The notes beneath the pieces are model-generated. The model did no database searches and was not told where the DNA came from. It worked only from the letters and a program-made list of their open reading frames with translations. Of a stretch of 64,000 nucleotides of DNA, positions 61,942-64,000 are shown in pieces. The position numbers were made by a program, and so were the translations under genes. The number at the start of each line of letters is the position of its first letter. Position 1 is the first letter of the stretch. Location: NCBI GenBank assembly GCA_003208875.1, contig QCUR01000003.1, forward strand, positions 128,001 through 192,000. Reading direction: 5' to 3'. The DNA is from Prochlorococcus sp. AG-679-M23. GTDB lineage: Bacteria; Cyanobacteriota; Cyanobacteriia; PCC-6307; Cyanobiaceae.

Positions 61942-62517
61942 ATGATGTTTAACAAACAAAAAAAATTCATTTTAAATTTAAAAATTTTAAAGTTTTTATT
62001 TTTTTCACCATTGTTAATTTCAATTCCATTTTACCTCGCAAATAGTGGTGCAAAAGCAGGATTGGAATTCCAGTGGAATCAAGATTCAGGATATCGAAAA
62101 TTAAAATGGTACCAAAAAGAGGATAAAAGAAAATTTAGAAATACAATTTTTTTCTTCTTAAGACCTTCTGATAGAGAAACAGGACTTCTAAAAATTACAT
62201 TAAAAATCCCCGAAACATTCGATTCAAATCTTAAAGATAAAGTAAGTCTATGTGAGGTAAAAATAGGAGGCTATGAAGGTCGTACTAAATGTTTAAAAGA
62301 TATACCTGCAGATATAGAGATAAATGAAGATAATTCATCACTAGATATTTTTCCTTATAGCCCAATACCTTCAAATAAAAATAGTTACGCGATTGTTTTT
62401 AAAAAAATATTTAATCCTAAAAAGTCTGGTCTTAAACAATTTCATTCTTTTGGTCAGTATGTTCGAAAGAATAGCTCTTCAAGATATTTAGGAAGCTGGA
62501 CTATATTGATCAATTAA
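61942..62517 (+). CDS. DUF2808-like secreted protein
   Basis: Signal peptide; EF.W....Y.KL..YQ, NP...G..QF and Y.G.W motifs. Confidence 0.78.
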   Translation: MMFNKQKKFILNLKILKFLFFSPLLISIPFYLANSGAKAGLEFQWNQDSGYRKLKWYQKEDKRKFRNTIFFFLRPSDRETGLLKITLKIPETFDSNLKDKVSLCEVKIGGYEGRTKCLKDIPADIEINEDNSSLDIFPYSPIPSNKNSYAIVFKKIFNPKKSGLKQFHSFGQYVRKNSSSRYLGSWTILIN

Positions 62518-62547
62518 ATGATAAATTAATAAAGGATAATAAAAAAA

Positions 62548-62685
62548 ATGACAAAAAGAACATTCGGCGGAACATCAAGGAAAAGAAAACGTGTATCTGG
62601 TTTTAGGGTAAGAATGCGTTCTCACACAGGAAGAAGAGTTATTAAAAGCAGAAGAAAAAGAGGTAGAGAAAAAATAGCAGTTTAA
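62548..62685 (+). CDS. rpmH: 50S ribosomal protein L34, not in the track
   Basis: [45 protein letters not shown]. Confidence 0.97.
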   Translation: MTKRTFGGTSRKRKRVSGFRVRMRSHTGRRVIKSRRKRGREKIAV

Positions 62686-62693
62686 CATTTTTT

Positions 62694-63083
62694 ATGATGG
62701 CCTTGCCCAAAACTATGCGTTTAAAAGGTCATAGGACTTTTGATTATATTCATAAAAATTCCGCTAAATATTATGGGAAATTAATGACTTTCAAAATAGC
62801 CAAATCAAATCCAAATATTCTCATCTCCCATAACAATATTCATAGTTTAAATAATTTTAAAATTGCCATATCAATAAGTAAGAAAGTTTCAAAAAAAGCA
62901 GTAGAAAGAAATAAACTTAGGAGAATATTGCAGGATTGTTTATTAAAAAATTTCAGCGAGGAGAATAACCACAAACCTTATTGGTTACTTGTTAACCTGA
63001 AAGCTGGTAATTTCTACAATGATAAGATAAATCTATTGGAGGAATTTCAATACCTAATTTTTAAGTCAGGTTTATTTAAATGA
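62694..63083 (+). CDS. rnpA: Ribonuclease P protein component
   Basis: LPK..RLK...F and ISISKKVSKKAVERNKLRR motifs; follows rpmH. Confidence 0.95.
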   Translation: MMALPKTMRLKGHRTFDYIHKNSAKYYGKLMTFKIAKSNPNILISHNNIHSLNNFKIAISISKKVSKKAVERNKLRRILQDCLLKNFSEENNHKPYWLLVNLKAGNFYNDKINLLEEFQYLIFKSGLFK

Positions 63084-63493
63084 TTAACATTAATGAAGAA
63101 TCGTTTTATGAGGGTGGCCCAGCAAAAAGTGATTTAATAATCAATTTATTTGCTGGTTTAACTCTTCTTGGTCTTCCATTTACATTCGCTGCAATAGTAA
63201 GGGCCTTATGGTTAAGATACAAAATTACCAATAAAAGAATAACTATTGATGGAGGATGGTTTGGTAAAAATAAAACTCAAGTATCTTTAAGCAATATTGA
63301 AGAGATAAGATCTATCCCGAGAGGATTCGGATCTTATGGGGACATGGTTTTAATACTCAACGATGGCTCCAAGGTTGAGATGAAATCTTTACCTTTATTT
63401 AGAGAAAAACAAAAATTTATTGAGGAAAACATGGTTAAAAGATCACAAACATTAAATCTTAATGAGGTTGAGGGATTTGCTACTAAATCTTGA
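63080..63493 (+). CDS. Bacterial PH-domain membrane protein
   Basis: FYEGGP..DL and LW.RY.IT..RI motifs; lies between rnpA and yidC. Confidence 0.85.
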   Translation: MININEESFYEGGPAKSDLIINLFAGLTLLGLPFTFAAIVRALWLRYKITNKRITIDGGWFGKNKTQVSLSNIEEIRSIPRGFGSYGDMVLILNDGSKVEMKSLPLFREKQKFIEENMVKRSQTLNLNEVEGFATKS

Positions 63494-63566
63494 TTAAATT
63501 AATTACAAAAGTATTATTATCCTGTAAAATCAAAGTGACAAATAAAATCAAATCTTCTTTAATATC

Positions 63567-64000
63567 GTGATCGGGTTCATTTCAGAGAAATTATTAATCC
63601 CGATTCTAGATTTTTTCTACGGGTTAGTACCCAGTTATGGATTGGCCATAGTTGCACTAACAGTCGTAATTAGAATCGCTCTATTCCCACTAAGCGCAGG
63701 TTCTATTAGAAGCGCTAGGAGAATGAAAATAGCTCAGCCTGTAATGCAAAAAAGGCAAGCAGAAATAAAGTCCAAATTTTCAAGCGACCCAAAGAAACAG
63801 CAAGAGGAATTAGGAAAATTAATGAATGAATTTGGTAGCCCTCTCGCAGGATGTTTACCTTTAATTGTTCAGATGCCTGTTTTATTTGCATTATTTGCAA
63901 CTTTAAGAGGATCACCATTTGCAGATGTACCTTACAATATCAACTTAAAAGTCTTACCCCAAGATCAAATTGCGGCTATTGATCCTAAACCTTATAAATC
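63567..64000 (+). CDS. yidC: Membrane protein insertase YidC (5' part, truncated by the window)
   Basis: GTG start; [20 protein letters not shown]...[19 protein letters not shown]. Confidence 0.96.
   Translation, partial: MIGFISEKLLIPILDFFYGLVPSYGLAIVALTVVIRIALFPLSAGSIRSARRMKIAQPVMQKRQAEIKSKFSSDPKKQQEELGKLMNEFGSPLAGCLPLIVQMPVLFALFATLRGSPFADVPYNINLKVLPQDQIAAIDPKPYK

Overview
AT-rich chromosomal window from a Prochlorococcus-like marine picocyanobacterium (inferred from psbD/psbC, a pcb antenna gene, hli and streamlined gene order). Most of it is core genome: ychF, polA, cysS, dxr, pntA/B, NTRC, infA, petM, ilvH, ycf4, psbDC, maf, cobQ, futA, glyQ, pcb, isiB, sppA, aroH, rpmH, rnpA, yidC. Bases 1-8.4 kb are rich in small hypothetical genes. 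The main result is an ~11.4 kb island (33210-44630) at the 3' end of a minus-strand tRNA-Ser(CGA). The 12-mer ACGGAGAGGGTG (tRNA 3' end plus one flanking base) occurs four times and splits the island into three cassettes. Cassette A carries two sRNA genes and small ORFs, B a complete type I restriction-modification system, and C a single TPR gene. No integrase is present, yet the cassette ends share one geometry: att core, a 10-bp tandem at about +37, and 11-12-bp arm-like direct repeats at about +80-87. Two different repeat 'codes' are used (ATCCACCAACA and TGAGACAAC(C/A)TAGAGACA). This suggests non-autonomous cassettes mobilised in trans by at least two integrases; that is inference, not proof. 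Features missed or mis-called by the ORF track: a Yfr2-family and a Yfr1/Yfr10-motif sRNA in cassette A, a complementary site in the porin 5' UTR, a cyclophilin lipoprotein that seems to need an ATA start, petM, rpmH, partial yidC and a three-stop pseudogene.
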